Both the position numbers and the translations under genes were made by a program. From NCBI GenBank assembly GCA_963675665.1, contig OY776510.1, positions 5,086,564 through 5,150,563 on the forward strand: a stretch of DNA of 64,000 nt, written 5' to 3'. Below are positions 46,346 to 57,322 of the stretch, one piece after another. Under the pieces are notes generated by a model. It was given only the letters and a program-made list of their open reading frames with translations. It did no database searches and was not told the DNA's origin. Numbering within the stretch: the stretch's first letter is position 1; each line of letters opens with the position of its first letter. This DNA is from Spirochaetia bacterium (GTDB lineage Bacteria; Spirochaetota; Spirochaetia; UBA9216).

Positions 46346-49144
46346 GTGAAGATTAAAATATTTTCACCGTTGATCATATTTCTCTTCAGTACCGTATTCG
46401 GGCTTTTCTCCCAGTCTATTAATAATATTCAGTTTCCTCCTTTCCTCGGATGGAAACAGATTGAAACAGAACGTTGTATTTTAATTTTTCCCGAAAGCCT
46501 TGAGGCAAAGGCATCGGAAATTGCCGGCATGATCGATTCATTCTACACTGCCGACGAAGCAAGCCTGGAGACTGAAACATCAAAATGGCCGATCATCATT
46601 AACAATACGCTTTTTTATTCAAATGCTTATGTTCTAGGAGCACCGAGGCATTCGCAGCTGTACACAACCCCCATACAGGATAATTCTTTCGGAACAGGCA
46701 ACTGGCTTTCACTTATCTGGAGCCATGAACTTCGCCACATCGTGCAAAACGAAAAAATGATTCGCGGGTTCACTGCTCTGTCCGACTGGATTGCCGGAGA
46801 ATACGGATCAAGCGGGATGACCCATTTTGCGCTGCCGAAATGGGTAATGGAGGGCGATGCCGTTCTGACCGAAACGCTCGTATCTCCCGGAGGAAGGGGA
46901 AGGCTTGCTGATTTTGAACGGGAACTTCGGGCAAACAGCCTGAACCGGATCAGGTACAGTTATTTTAAATCCAGCCAGGGTTCATATGCATCATATTCAC
47001 CCCGTACCCCAAGCTGGTATGTGTCCGGCTATCATCTGTGCACATACATCCGCAGGGAATTCGGAATTGACGCATTCAACAGAATTATGGAGATTGCCGC
47101 CGATTTCTCTTTTACTCCGTTAATCCTGAATATTGCCGTCCAAAAAGTAACCGGGGAAAAAATTGAAACCCTTTATAATAACTGCCTGGATGAACTGACT
47201 GAATTATGGGAAGCCCAGCTTGAACAAAGGGAATTTACCCGGGTTGATATAATAACATCCGGCAGAGAGGACAACGCTGATTATTATCCCCTGGGGAAAT
47301 TTGAAAACGGAAATATTGCGGCGTTAAGAACTTCCCTGTCGGCGCTTTATACTCTCGTCGAAATAAATGAAAACGGAACTGTAACGGAACTGAGAAAGAT
47401 CAATCCCTTCGACAAAAATATATCATTCAACGGAACAACCTTTTGCTGGGCCGAAACAAAAAAAGATATAAGATGGGGAAACAGATCATGGTCGAATATC
47501 AGAATCTACACCCCGTCATCCGGCGATTACAGGGTAATTACGGACAAAACAAGATATCTTTCGCCTTCAATAAGCCCCGATGGAAAAAGAATCGCTGCAG
47601 TGGAGATTACCGAAGAGCTGAACAGCTATATTTCAGTAATTGATGCAGAAAACGGAAAACTCATATCAAGATTTGCCGAACCTTCAGGGGCCTCGCCGAT
47701 GCAAACATGCTGGACGGACGACGGGACCGGTATTGTCTATATACGTCAGCAGAACTGGATGAAGTCTCTGCGACTGCTTGAGCCCGAAACAAAAATAAAC
47801 CGGCCTTTGACCTCCCCGGATATCTGGAGCATTTCTTCTCCTGATGTAAAGGACAATGTTGTTTATTTCGTTTCGGAAGAAACAGGGCTTGAGAATATAC
47901 ATGCTTTGCAGCTTCAGGATGGAAACAGGCTTCCCGAAAACCGGCTGATTGTATCCCGGCCGTACGGCACAGCCTCTCCGGCGGCCGAAGACGGAACGCT
48001 TTATTTTGCTGATTATACAGTCTCGGGGTTTAAGATCTCCGCTGTGCCTTTACCGGCAACCGCGACAAGTCCCGTTATACCTGCCGAAAGCGGGCATGTC
48101 GATTATTTCGGAGCTCTTGCAGACCAGGAGCCGTTCTTTGGGTTCGCCGGGGCGGAAACTCACTCAAAAACTGCAGAATATACGATTTCCGATTACTATC
48201 CTTTTACCGGTCTTTTCAATTTCCACAGCAGGAGTATTGTTACTTCGCTGAGCGGCACGGGAATAGCCGCAAGCCTTCAGGCCGACAGTATAATGAACGA
48301 CTCAAGCGGCCGGATATACTTCGGCTATGATCCGGACGAAACTGAACTCATGGCAGGTATGACCGGGGCTTACGCAGGGTTCTTTCCCGTGCTGCTTTAC
48401 GGAGCAGAACTGCAGTCCCCGGCTATCTCGCCGGGTTCGGCGTTCGAATCTTTCATCTACGGCGGCTTATGGCTTCCGCTGGATTTCTCAGGCGGCATTC
48501 TGAACCATACGCTCAGTCTGCAGGGATTATTTCTTATGGAGAACCAGCTCTACCCTGCAGAGTCGGCTGCAACAGCGCTAAAAGCGGATATTAACTGGAA
48601 ATTAACACAGGTCCGGGCCAGACGGGACCTTGTGCCGCCGCTGGGTATTACCCTGAAAGGAAGCTGGTATTACAGTCTTGAACCGTCGTATTATAATTTT
48701 GTATTCGGAGAATGCAGATTTTATATTCCGGGCCTTCTGGATAATCAAGGCTTCAGCTTTAAACTGCAAGGTAATTATAATATCGGATCAGGATTGCTTA
48801 ATAAAAGCCCTGAAACAGTCCCGAGAGGTCTTAATGAAGACAATTATGCCGTCCCGCTGTTATTCAACAGCAGTTTCGAGTACATACTGCCGCTGGCATA
48901 CCCGGATTTTGCTGTCGGCAGTATAATTTATATTCCGCGATTGTATATGAACTGTTTTCTTGATACGGCCCTCATTCCAGACTCGCAAATCCTGCAAACC
49001 GCCGGCGTTGAACTTTTTACCGACTTTCACCTTTTCAACCATTATTATCCGTTCAGCGCAGGAATAAGACTTATCTATAACACCGTGGAAAAGAAAATGA
49101 GGCTGGAAGATACCGCCTTCAGCATCGGAATAGATCTTTTTTAA
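46346..49144 (+). CDS. Large exported protein: gluzincin-like domain, TolB/PD40 propeller, probable C-terminal OM barrel
   Basis: Signal peptide; HELRH...PKW..EGDA; SPSISPDGKRIA; terminal SIGIDLF. Confidence 0.7.
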   Translation: MKIKIFSPLIIFLFSTVFGLFSQSINNIQFPPFLGWKQIETERCILIFPESLEAKASEIAGMIDSFYTADEASLETETSKWPIIINNTLFYSNAYVLGAPRHSQLYTTPIQDNSFGTGNWLSLIWSHELRHIVQNEKMIRGFTALSDWIAGEYGSSGMTHFALPKWVMEGDAVLTETLVSPGGRGRLADFERELRANSLNRIRYSYFKSSQGSYASYSPRTPSWYVSGYHLCTYIRREFGIDAFNRIMEIAADFSFTPLILNIAVQKVTGEKIETLYNNCLDELTELWEAQLEQREFTRVDIITSGREDNADYYPLGKFENGNIAALRTSLSALYTLVEINENGTVTELRKINPFDKNISFNGTTFCWAETKKDIRWGNRSWSNIRIYTPSSGDYRVITDKTRYLSPSISPDGKRIAAVEITEELNSYISVIDAENGKLISRFAEPSGASPMQTCWTDDGTGIVYIRQQNWMKSLRLLEPETKINRPLTSPDIWSISSPDVKDNVVYFVSEETGLENIHALQLQDGNRLPENRLIVSRPYGTASPAAEDGTLYFADYTVSGFKISAVPLPATATSPVIPAESGHVDYFGALADQEPFFGFAGAETHSKTAEYTISDYYPFTGLFNFHSRSIVTSLSGTGIAASLQADSIMNDSSGRIYFGYDPDETELMAGMTGAYAGFFPVLLYGAELQSPAISPGSAFESFIYGGLWLPLDFSGGILNHTLSLQGLFLMENQLYPAESAATALKADINWKLTQVRARRDLVPPLGITLKGSWYYSLEPSYYNFVFGECRFYIPGLLDNQGFSFKLQGNYNIGSGLLNKSPETVPRGLNEDNYAVPLLFNSSFEYILPLAYPDFAVGSIIYIPRLYMNCFLDTALIPDSQILQTAGVELFTDFHLFNHYYPFSAGIRLIYNTVEKKMRLEDTAFSIGIDLF

Positions 49145-49153
49145 CGGCGAAAA

Positions 49154-52120
49154 TTACACCGGCAAAACAATCGTATTGTCGCTTATTTCTTTCCCGTATT
49201 TTACGGACAATTCTTCTATTACTTCCGATGAGCCCATTACCACCGCGACCGAGTTTGAATAAACATTTCTCAACGCTTCTGCCGCCGCCCGGATATCATC
49301 CACAGTAGCTCCAAGCATGGCTTCTCTTTTATGCTGCCTTATCTCGTCGGTAATCCGGTATAAATCGCGTCTGAACCCGATAAGGCTTTTTTCGGCCGGG
49401 CTGAGCGGTTTTAAATCACGCCCTACAACTGTAATTATGGCCTTTTTAAGATCATTCTCACTGTACCGACCTTCTGCGGCGGCATCAAGGGCGGCTGCAA
49501 AGGCGTCAAGATTTTCACCGGGATTGGGATCCCTGTAAGTCGAGACTGTCATTAACCCTTCAGTTCCGTTAACCGAGGCGTAAACACCGTAAGCGCCGTT
49601 TTTCATACGGACAAATTCCCACAGGTCGTTTGTCTTCATCATATGCGCCAGAAGGCTCTGATGCGCATGCAGTTCCGAGCCGATAAACGCTGCAGGCAGC
49701 GTTCTGGCGGTAAAACAGACTGAAGACGGAACAGAAAGCGCACCGATTTTAAAAGACGGTGTTTTCTTGATATCTGTCCCCGCGGTTTCCACTGCAGCAG
49801 TACCTTCCGGAATCCTGCTTATAAATAATTCAAGTTTTTTCTGAACGTCATCAAACAGCTCCCTGCGGCAGGTAACGTTTAACACCAGCCTTTTTCTGAC
49901 CAGCAGCTTTTCCCGCAAAACATCAAGAGAACTGCAGATTTCAGGAATCGTCCTGTCGGAATTATTAGTCATTTCATTGAGATACAGCAACTGTCTGCTG
50001 CCGCGCCACTCGTCTTCCCTTTCAAGGACCCTGTCGAATTCTGCCGCCGCCCTGACAGCACAGAAAGAGTGTCCCGCAGGAACTATACTTGATTTAAAAT
50101 CGTTACGCATTTCAAAAAGCAGATCACGCACCCGTACAGGATCGGAGATCTCTGTTTCAAGCAGCATATCCGAAACAAGATTGAAAGCTTCATCAAGATC
50201 ATCTTCAAGCGTTTTGAGCCTGAAGAAAAGATAATCCTTGCGTTCCTCTTTTCCGTCGGCAGTTCGGCTGGACTCCAGAAAGGTGTATAATCCGCCGGTT
50301 TTATGCGCAAGCTCAAGCGCAACCTGGTCGTACGGTTTTCCTGGAAGTCCGGAAGAACATATCATTCGGCTCAAAAATGGTAGCAGCAGGCCGTCTTTAT
50401 CAGATACATCCCTGATATCAACTGCAAAATCGATATAAATTATTCCGTTGGTAAACAGATCATGCTCGTAACAGGGGATGTCTTTCAGTATCTTTCGCTC
50501 GGTGTTTATTGTACGAATACTGGCCGGTACATCTTCAATATCAAGCGACGGAATTCTTGCCGTCAATTCCGCCGGGTCCGGGGTGTCCTGGTATTTTCTG
50601 TAAGCTTCCAGCTTTATTCTTTCCGCCTCAAAATCATCTGCAGAAAAGTCTTTTCTTGCTTCAGCCACCGAATCCGAAATATTTCCTTCAATCTTTTTAT
50701 TATGATCCTTTGCGGGTTCAATTGAAAGCGAAAGTCTGTGCATGTTATTAATAAGCTGTTTCTCAATAAGCTGTTCAAAATGCCTGCTGTTCTCCGACAC
50801 CCTGTCTCTGAGAGTTTCCATCGGGTCCCTGAAAAATATTGTATCTTCAGGCGTACCTCCATGAAGCCAGCCCTTAAGCGATCGGTTCATAAGCCGCAAC
50901 CCGAACGGCGCGCCGCCCCTGATTTCCCGGTTTCGGAACTCAACCCTGTGCATCGCTCCCTCAAGCGAAAGTTCCGGAATACCGTCTGCAGCCAGTTTTT
51001 CAAGTTCATTGAATATCAGCTGCTCAAAATCTTCACGCTTGTCGGCAACGCTGCCCCTTACCCCTATTGAAAAAACTATCTCCCGAAGATCGGTATCAAG
51101 CCCGCTTACAGGGCTTAAATCCTCGCCCACTCCCGACTCTACAACAGCCTTGTACAGGGGCGAACCCATATTGCCCATAAGAGCTTCGGTAAGAACTTCA
51201 AATTCAAGAATATTCAGCGAATCTTCGGTAGAACCGCATTTCCAGTTCAGGGTATGAGTAACCCCGCTTTCGTCTTCCCCGTCGTCTGCAGCCAGCGGGC
51301 TCGTTACCCATTTGATGCAGGGAGAGTCCCAGTTTTCCTGATAACGGATCTCCTCAGCAGGTTCGGCCTGACCGTCAAAACGTGAAAGGGCCTCATTCTG
51401 CAGAAACAACAGCTGCTCTTCAGTATTGATATCGCCGTAGAGGAATATCCTGCAATTGGAGGGGTGATAAAACCGTGAATGATATTCCCTGAAAGCTTCA
51501 TACGTTAACCCGGGAATAGCGGAAGGCTCTCCACCGGAATCAAACCGGTATGGTGTATCGGGAAACATAAAACGATATGAATACTCGGAGGCGATCGAGT
51601 CATGATTGGAATAAGCGCCTTTCATCTCGTTAAAAACAACCCCGGAGGGAACAGCGGTTCCGTCAGCCTTAGGTTCAAATCTTATTCCTTCCTGCATAAA
51701 CATTTCTTCACGCAGCAGCGGAAAAAAAACGGCATCTGCATAAACGCTCATCAGATTGAAATAATCCTTCGGTACCGTGGATGCCGCGGGAAATACCGTT
51801 TTATCAGGATAGGTCATTGCATTCAGAAATGTATTCATGCTTCCGTTCATCATTGAAAGAAACGGATCCTTAATCGGGTATTTCTCCGATCCTGCCAGAA
51901 CACAATGCTCAAGAATATGGGCCGCTCCGGTATTATCCGTGGCCGGCGTTTTAAACGCAAATGAAAAGAAATTTTCCTTGTCGTCGTTATAAAGATGATA
52001 GATATCAGCCCCGGTCCGGTCATGGCTCAGCCTGATACCAATCCCCCTGTATTCAGGTATATCGTTTACCGAGATTACGGTGAACCCGTGGAGCCTGTCT
52101 CCAGGTTTGAGTTTATTCAT
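49154..52120 (-). CDS. M16C insulinase-family (PreP-like) metallopeptidase
   Basis: HILEHCVLAGS.KYP, NAMTYPDKT, GVVFNEMKG, GAYG, STYRDP. Confidence 0.93.
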   Translation of the reverse strand: MNKLKPGDRLHGFTVISVNDIPEYRGIGIRLSHDRTGADIYHLYNDDKENFFSFAFKTPATDNTGAAHILEHCVLAGSEKYPIKDPFLSMMNGSMNTFLNAMTYPDKTVFPAASTVPKDYFNLMSVYADAVFFPLLREEMFMQEGIRFEPKADGTAVPSGVVFNEMKGAYSNHDSIASEYSYRFMFPDTPYRFDSGGEPSAIPGLTYEAFREYHSRFYHPSNCRIFLYGDINTEEQLLFLQNEALSRFDGQAEPAEEIRYQENWDSPCIKWVTSPLAADDGEDESGVTHTLNWKCGSTEDSLNILEFEVLTEALMGNMGSPLYKAVVESGVGEDLSPVSGLDTDLREIVFSIGVRGSVADKREDFEQLIFNELEKLAADGIPELSLEGAMHRVEFRNREIRGGAPFGLRLMNRSLKGWLHGGTPEDTIFFRDPMETLRDRVSENSRHFEQLIEKQLINNMHRLSLSIEPAKDHNKKIEGNISDSVAEARKDFSADDFEAERIKLEAYRKYQDTPDPAELTARIPSLDIEDVPASIRTINTERKILKDIPCYEHDLFTNGIIYIDFAVDIRDVSDKDGLLLPFLSRMICSSGLPGKPYDQVALELAHKTGGLYTFLESSRTADGKEERKDYLFFRLKTLEDDLDEAFNLVSDMLLETEISDPVRVRDLLFEMRNDFKSSIVPAGHSFCAVRAAAEFDRVLEREDEWRGSRQLLYLNEMTNNSDRTIPEICSSLDVLREKLLVRKRLVLNVTCRRELFDDVQKKLELFISRIPEGTAAVETAGTDIKKTPSFKIGALSVPSSVCFTARTLPAAFIGSELHAHQSLLAHMMKTNDLWEFVRMKNGAYGVYASVNGTEGLMTVSTYRDPNPGENLDAFAAALDAAAEGRYSENDLKKAIITVVGRDLKPLSPAEKSLIGFRRDLYRITDEIRQHKREAMLGATVDDIRAAAEALRNVYSNSVAVVMGSSEVIEELSVKYGKEISDNTIVLPV

Positions 52121-52156
52121 TGTTATTCCTTGTAACGCCCCTTAAAAGTGTTCTAA

Positions 52157-53098
52157 TCAACAGGGGGTATTCTCTTTTATTCTTTTTATTAGTTTCAGAA
52201 ACCTTTCACGGTCGCATTTCATAATAACTTCAGCCGTTCCGTCGGCTTCATCGGTATCCGATACCCGTATTGAAGCCCCGCGTTTATTATCTTCACGGGT
52301 CAGATTCATTCTCAAATGCATTGTTTCGGATTCTGCCGCTACCTCCGGATCAATTACGCAGGCCATGGCAAGCGGATCAGGGAAATTAATCACCCTTTCC
52401 CCCGAAACCTTTTCCCTGAAATCAAAGTAAAACCTCTGAACATCGGTAAACAGGTCTGCAGACGGAGTTCCGCTCATACCCAGGCCCTTATATTCCTCCT
52501 CGGTAAGCGTAACAGACAGTGTAGCATCCCAGGTCAGGATCCTGATCGGCAGATTTATACCAAAACAGTAAGCTATAGATTCCGGATCAAAAAAGAAGTT
52601 GAATTCCGCAAACGGGGTAACGTTGCCGTCGCCTATTGCCCCGCCCATAATTATTATTTCCGAAACAAGGCTGTTCAGCCCGGGATGCAGATTAAATGCA
52701 ACTGCAATATTTGTCAAAGGGCCGAGAGTAACAAGCTTAAGCCCCGGATTGGCCTTTGCCGATTCAAGCAAACCGGAAACAGCATCAAGCTTGTCTGCCG
52801 ATTTCGTGCCCTGATTAAGCTCAACCCCGCCCAGACCGTTGCTGCCGTGAATGTGGTCCGCCCTGTGAGGATTTCTGAGAAACGATGTAGAACAGCCTTT
52901 GTAAACAGGAATATCGGTGCGATCAAAAAATGACAGCAGGCCGCAGACATTTTTAACAACATTATCCAGGCTTGTATTTCCCGCTACACAACTTATTCCG
53001 GCTATTTCAACTTCTTCGGGGCTTGAAAGAGCAAGCATGATTGCAACAGCATCATCGATTCCGCAGTCCGTATCAATAAAAATTTTCTGCGCCATCAT
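52157..53098 (-). CDS. Inosine/uridine-preferring nucleoside hydrolase
   Basis: DTDCGIDDA, HG.NGLG, LGPLTN, MGGA, AEFNFFFDPE. Confidence 0.92.
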   Translation of the reverse strand: MMAQKIFIDTDCGIDDAVAIMLALSSPEEVEIAGISCVAGNTSLDNVVKNVCGLLSFFDRTDIPVYKGCSTSFLRNPHRADHIHGSNGLGGVELNQGTKSADKLDAVSGLLESAKANPGLKLVTLGPLTNIAVAFNLHPGLNSLVSEIIIMGGAIGDGNVTPFAEFNFFFDPESIAYCFGINLPIRILTWDATLSVTLTEEEYKGLGMSGTPSADLFTDVQRFYFDFREKVSGERVINFPDPLAMACVIDPEVAAESETMHLRMNLTREDNKRGASIRVSDTDEADGTAEVIMKCDRERFLKLIKRIKENTPC

Positions 53099-53110
53099 AT
53101 ACTCCTTAAC

Positions 53111-55282
53111 TCAACCCTGTTTTATATCTTTCATGGAAAGCGAGATCCTTTTCCGCTGCAAATCAACCGACAGGACCTTGACCCGCACTTTTTGATTAAC
53201 CTTAAGTTCATCAGCCGGATCCTTCACAAAATGATCCGCAATTTCGCTGATGTGTACCAGCCCGTCCTGATGAACACCGATATCAACAAAAGCCCCGAAG
53301 GCTGTCACGTTTGTGACTATCCCGTTAAGGAGCATATTTTCTTTCAGGTCACCCATGCTGCTGACACTTTCGTCAAAACTGAACGACTGAAACACGGAGC
53401 GCGGATCCCGTCCGGGTTTCTTTAGCTCTTCTATTATATCATTGATTGTGGGCAGTCCGGCAGTATCCGTTACATAATCCTGAGCGTTTAAACGCCCTGC
53501 AAGCTCACTGTTTCCCGCCAGCTCCGCTACAGTTACCCCCGCATTCTTTGCCATTTTCTCAACAATTCCGTAGCTCTCCGGATGAACAGCGCCTGCATCA
53601 AGAGGGTTGTCTCCGCCGGTGATGCGCAGAAACCCGGCCGCCTGCTGAAAGACCTTCTCGCCGACTCCGGAAACCCCGAGCATCTGCTGAATATCTGTAA
53701 AAGGTTTTTTCTCCCGCTGTTTCAGCAGCTTGTCAGCTATTGAAGCGCTTAATCCTGAAACATACGACATAAGCTCGCGGCTTGCCGTATTCAGTTCGAC
53801 ACCGACTGAATTTACACATGAAATAACCGCATCGTCCAGGCTTTTCTTCAGAAGTTTCTGATCAACATCATGCTGGTACTGTCCTACCCCTATCGACTTT
53901 GGATCTATCTTTACCAGCTCTGCGAGCGGGTCCATCAGCCTGCGGCCGATCGATACCGCTCCGCGCACGGTAACGTCCCTGTCGGGAAACTCGCGCCTTG
54001 CGGTTTCAGACGCAGAGTATACTGACGCGCCGCTTTCATTCACCGGCTCAACTATAATACCGGATGGAAATACCTGCTTAACAAAAGCTTCAGCCTCGCG
54101 GCCTCCGGTTCCGTTTCCTACCGCTACAGCCTCTATGTCGTATTTTACAGCAAGTTTCTTTAAAAGTTCTGCAGCTTCAGTCTCTTTATTATGAGGCGGC
54201 AACGGATATATTACGCCGTCCTCAAGCAAATCTCCCTCGGCGCTTAAAACGACAATTTTGCAGCCGGTACGCAGTCCCGGGTCAACAGCCAGAAGGCGCT
54301 TTCGGCCCAGCGGCGGTTCAAGCAGCAGGTTGCGAACGTTTTGTGCAAAAACTTCGATTGCAGTCAGATCAGCCTGTTTTTTCGCCGCATTTTTAAACTC
54401 GGTCTCAAGCGACGGACTCAGCAGCCGCTCCCAGGCATCATCGACGGCGGCCTCTATAAACTCTCCGCCGGCCCGCGAACAGTTCCTGCCGGAATCCCCC
54501 TCCGGACTGCAGGCGCCGTCAAATACAATTCGGTCTATCAACCTGAGAGCGTCATCCTTTTCAGGCAGGATATGCCATTTCAGAAAGCCCTCTTCGGCGC
54601 CGCGCATTACAGCCAGAAACCGGTGGGAAGGCACGCGGGAAAGCGGTTCGAAATAATCAAAATAATCTTTATATTTTTCTGCCTCGTCAGCCTTCTTCTT
54701 TATAACGGCAGAACTCAGCCCGGCACGTTTTTCAAACAGCAGCCTCAACTCTCCCCGTATCTCCGCGTTTTCGCTGACACTCTCGGCAATAATGTCCGAT
54801 GCCCCGGCAAGGGCCGATTCAACGCTGTCTACGCCTTTTTCAGGATCTATATACTTTTCAGCTTCAAGCCCAGGGTCCGGGCAGTTGAAACCCATTATTG
54901 AATCGGCAAGCGGCTGGAGCCCCTTCTCTTTTGCGACCGAGGCGCGTGTCTTGCGTTTCGGTCGGTACGGCAGGTAAATATCCTCAAGAACATTCAGAAT
55001 TTTAGCCCCGTTCACCGCCTTTTCAAGCTCCGGCGTAAGCAGATCACGCTCTTTCAGAGACTCGAGTATCGAAGCACGGCGTTTCTCAAGCGCTTCAATC
55101 TCTTCCATACGGTCACGAATAGCAATTATCTGAACCTCATCGAGGTTGCCGGTCATCTCTTTACGGTACCGGGAAATAAACGGGACGGTTGCACTGTCGG
55201 CCAACAGGTCTGCAACGGCCTGAACCTGGCGTTCCCGAAGCCCAAGTTCGGTCGCAGTTTCTTTAATATATGCGTCTTTCAT
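53111..55282 (-). CDS. tex: Tex RNA-binding transcription accessory protein
   Basis: TVPFISRYRKE, LEDIYLPY, DPGLRTGCK, SIGVGQYQHD, C-terminal S1 domain. Confidence 0.95.
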   Translation of the reverse strand: MKDAYIKETATELGLRERQVQAVADLLADSATVPFISRYRKEMTGNLDEVQIIAIRDRMEEIEALEKRRASILESLKERDLLTPELEKAVNGAKILNVLEDIYLPYRPKRKTRASVAKEKGLQPLADSIMGFNCPDPGLEAEKYIDPEKGVDSVESALAGASDIIAESVSENAEIRGELRLLFEKRAGLSSAVIKKKADEAEKYKDYFDYFEPLSRVPSHRFLAVMRGAEEGFLKWHILPEKDDALRLIDRIVFDGACSPEGDSGRNCSRAGGEFIEAAVDDAWERLLSPSLETEFKNAAKKQADLTAIEVFAQNVRNLLLEPPLGRKRLLAVDPGLRTGCKIVVLSAEGDLLEDGVIYPLPPHNKETEAAELLKKLAVKYDIEAVAVGNGTGGREAEAFVKQVFPSGIIVEPVNESGASVYSASETARREFPDRDVTVRGAVSIGRRLMDPLAELVKIDPKSIGVGQYQHDVDQKLLKKSLDDAVISCVNSVGVELNTASRELMSYVSGLSASIADKLLKQREKKPFTDIQQMLGVSGVGEKVFQQAAGFLRITGGDNPLDAGAVHPESYGIVEKMAKNAGVTVAELAGNSELAGRLNAQDYVTDTAGLPTINDIIEELKKPGRDPRSVFQSFSFDESVSSMGDLKENMLLNGIVTNVTAFGAFVDIGVHQDGLVHISEIADHFVKDPADELKVNQKVRVKVLSVDLQRKRISLSMKDIKQG

Positions 55283-55446
55283 CAGATGACATTAAACAGC
55301 AGATATACGGAATTTGCAAGATCGTTAAAACGGGTCCTTAGAGGTAAATTTCATAAGAGCGTTTGATAGTTACGCTATGACATCCTTTCTCATTTTTATA
55401 TTTTCAAATTTTATTAAATATGATAATGTTTTTCAGAGGTAGATAT

Positions 55447-56007
55447 ATGAAAAAAATAAAAATAGCCTTCGTATTATTATCCTTATTGTTCATTCCGCTT
55501 TTCAGCTGTACAACAACGGAAACAAGTTCGGATGTCGCCTTGATTGAAAAGACTTCCAATTCAGATTATTTGGCTGAAGGTACAGTACTTGCCGCTTTTT
55601 TTGCTGAAGACGGAGGTTTCAGTGAGACCCGTTATTATCCTGCCGAAGTAGAAACACAGGCCGGCAACGAAACCAATCAGGAATATCAAGTCACTTCCGT
55701 TGTCGGTGATGCCGATGTTGCCGAAGGAGAAACTATATGGACGAAAAATGTAATAGTAAAATCTCATCCGGCGACAAAAGATGAATTGCTATCGGATATT
55801 ATTATATTATATACAACCAAACCCATAGAAGAAGGATTAACCGAAGCAAGGTGGAATCGTGGCATCATAGCTTCAACCGATGAATTATATAAAGGCTTTG
55901 TTGTAATAAATCATATCTGGTATCTGGATAAATCTGATGAAAGTGACCGCCGGATGGAAATTCCAATAGATAATATACGGATAATTGATTCTTCGACTAT
56001 GCAGTGA
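55447..56007 (+). CDS. Hypothetical lipoprotein
   Basis: MKK + hydrophobic core + LFSC lipobox; GAGG SD. Confidence 0.75.
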   Translation: MKKIKIAFVLLSLLFIPLFSCTTTETSSDVALIEKTSNSDYLAEGTVLAAFFAEDGGFSETRYYPAEVETQAGNETNQEYQVTSVVGDADVAEGETIWTKNVIVKSHPATKDELLSDIIILYTTKPIEEGLTEARWNRGIIASTDELYKGFVVINHIWYLDKSDESDRRMEIPIDNIRIIDSSTMQ

Positions 56008-56034
56008 ATTACCGCCTGCAAAGCAGGCGGCTTC
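56004..56034 (+). other. Hairpin resembling an IS200/IS605-family end, or a terminator
   Basis: GTGAATTA-CCGCCTGC-AAA-GCAGGCGG-CTTC. Confidence 0.4.
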
Positions 56035-56169
56035 CTTTGTAATAAGGGGCATAGATAACTAATCGGAAGAAAAATTATTTTCCCCCGGAATACTATATTA
56101 TGGGAATCTCTAAAAACTGTTGCAAATATGCTGATGACAGTTTACAGGAATATGGGATAATATTATCCG

Positions 56170-57195
56170 ATGGGCAAAAACATTACCGAGATATTACAAT
56201 TCCGGGCGTCGGTTCTCTCAGGTATAAGGAGTTTTTTCAGCAGCCGCGGTTACACCGAAGCCGATGTGCCGCTGCTTACACCGGGAGTTATTCCGGAGGC
56301 GTCTATCGAGCTGTTCAGAACGGAGAAGCTTGACCCTTACGGCAACTCCCGCAATTTATACCTGTTGCCGTCGCCCGAGTATTATCTCAAGAAATTGATA
56401 GCTGCAGGCTCCGGAGATATCTTCAGCCTCTCACACAGCTTCCGTAATTCGGAACAGTCCGGGCGCTGGCACAACCCTGAATTCACTATGCTTGAATGGT
56501 ACAAGATGGATGCCGGCTACATGGATTCCATTCAAATTGCCGAAGACTTTACAGGATACATGGTTGAAAACACCGCTGATATTACTGTTGATATCCGATC
56601 GGCATTGAGGCCTCCTTTCGAACGCATTTCCATGAATGAAGCGTTCAGCCGATGGACAGGCTTCGACTTATCCGACCACTGCACAGGCAGATTAAGTTCC
56701 GGCGAAGAGATCTCACAGCTTCAGAACCTGGCCACAGGGATGGGGCTTTCTGCTGCTGCTGAATCCGACAGCTGGGAAGAACTCTTTAACCTTGTATTCG
56801 TTCACCGGATTGAACCTAACCTTCCGACGGACAAACCTGTTGTGATTTTCGACTATCCTGCAGGAATACCCGCTCTTGCGAAACCGGCAGCTGCGCCAGG
56901 ACGCCTTGAGCGGTGGGAACTGTACGTAAAAGGAATTGAACTGGCAAACTGCTATTCTGAAGAAATTGATTACAATACAGTAAAGCGTTTTTTTGCACAG
57001 GAAGCCCTTGTAAAGAAAAAAGCCCTGGTGGACGTCAATGCTGATATGAACTGGTGCGGGATGTACAAAACAAGTTATCCGCGCTGCTCGGGAACTGCGC
57101 TTGGAGTCGATCGGTTAATGATGCTGCTGTCGGGAAGTAAATCAATAGAGGGGGTGATTTTATTCCCCGATTCTGATATACTTGCTGACCTGTAA
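56170..57195 (+). CDS. epmA: EF-P lysine aminoacylase
   Basis: YLLPSPEYYLK, FRNSE, HNPEFTMLEWY, ERWELY..GIELAN, GTALGVDRL; adjacent to efp. Confidence 0.93.
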   Translation: MGKNITEILQFRASVLSGIRSFFSSRGYTEADVPLLTPGVIPEASIELFRTEKLDPYGNSRNLYLLPSPEYYLKKLIAAGSGDIFSLSHSFRNSEQSGRWHNPEFTMLEWYKMDAGYMDSIQIAEDFTGYMVENTADITVDIRSALRPPFERISMNEAFSRWTGFDLSDHCTGRLSSGEEISQLQNLATGMGLSAAAESDSWEELFNLVFVHRIEPNLPTDKPVVIFDYPAGIPALAKPAAAPGRLERWELYVKGIELANCYSEEIDYNTVKRFFAQEALVKKKALVDVNADMNWCGMYKTSYPRCSGTALGVDRLMMLLSGSKSIEGVILFPDSDILADL

Positions 57196-57322
57196 AAAAG
57201 ATATTTGAGAATGCCTGTTTTACGGGTCAATTGGAGTTTTTAACGAATGAAGCATATATTTTTGTTAAAACGGCTTCGTTAAAAACTTCCGTAAATTATT
57301 CGGATTATTAAGGAAACACATT

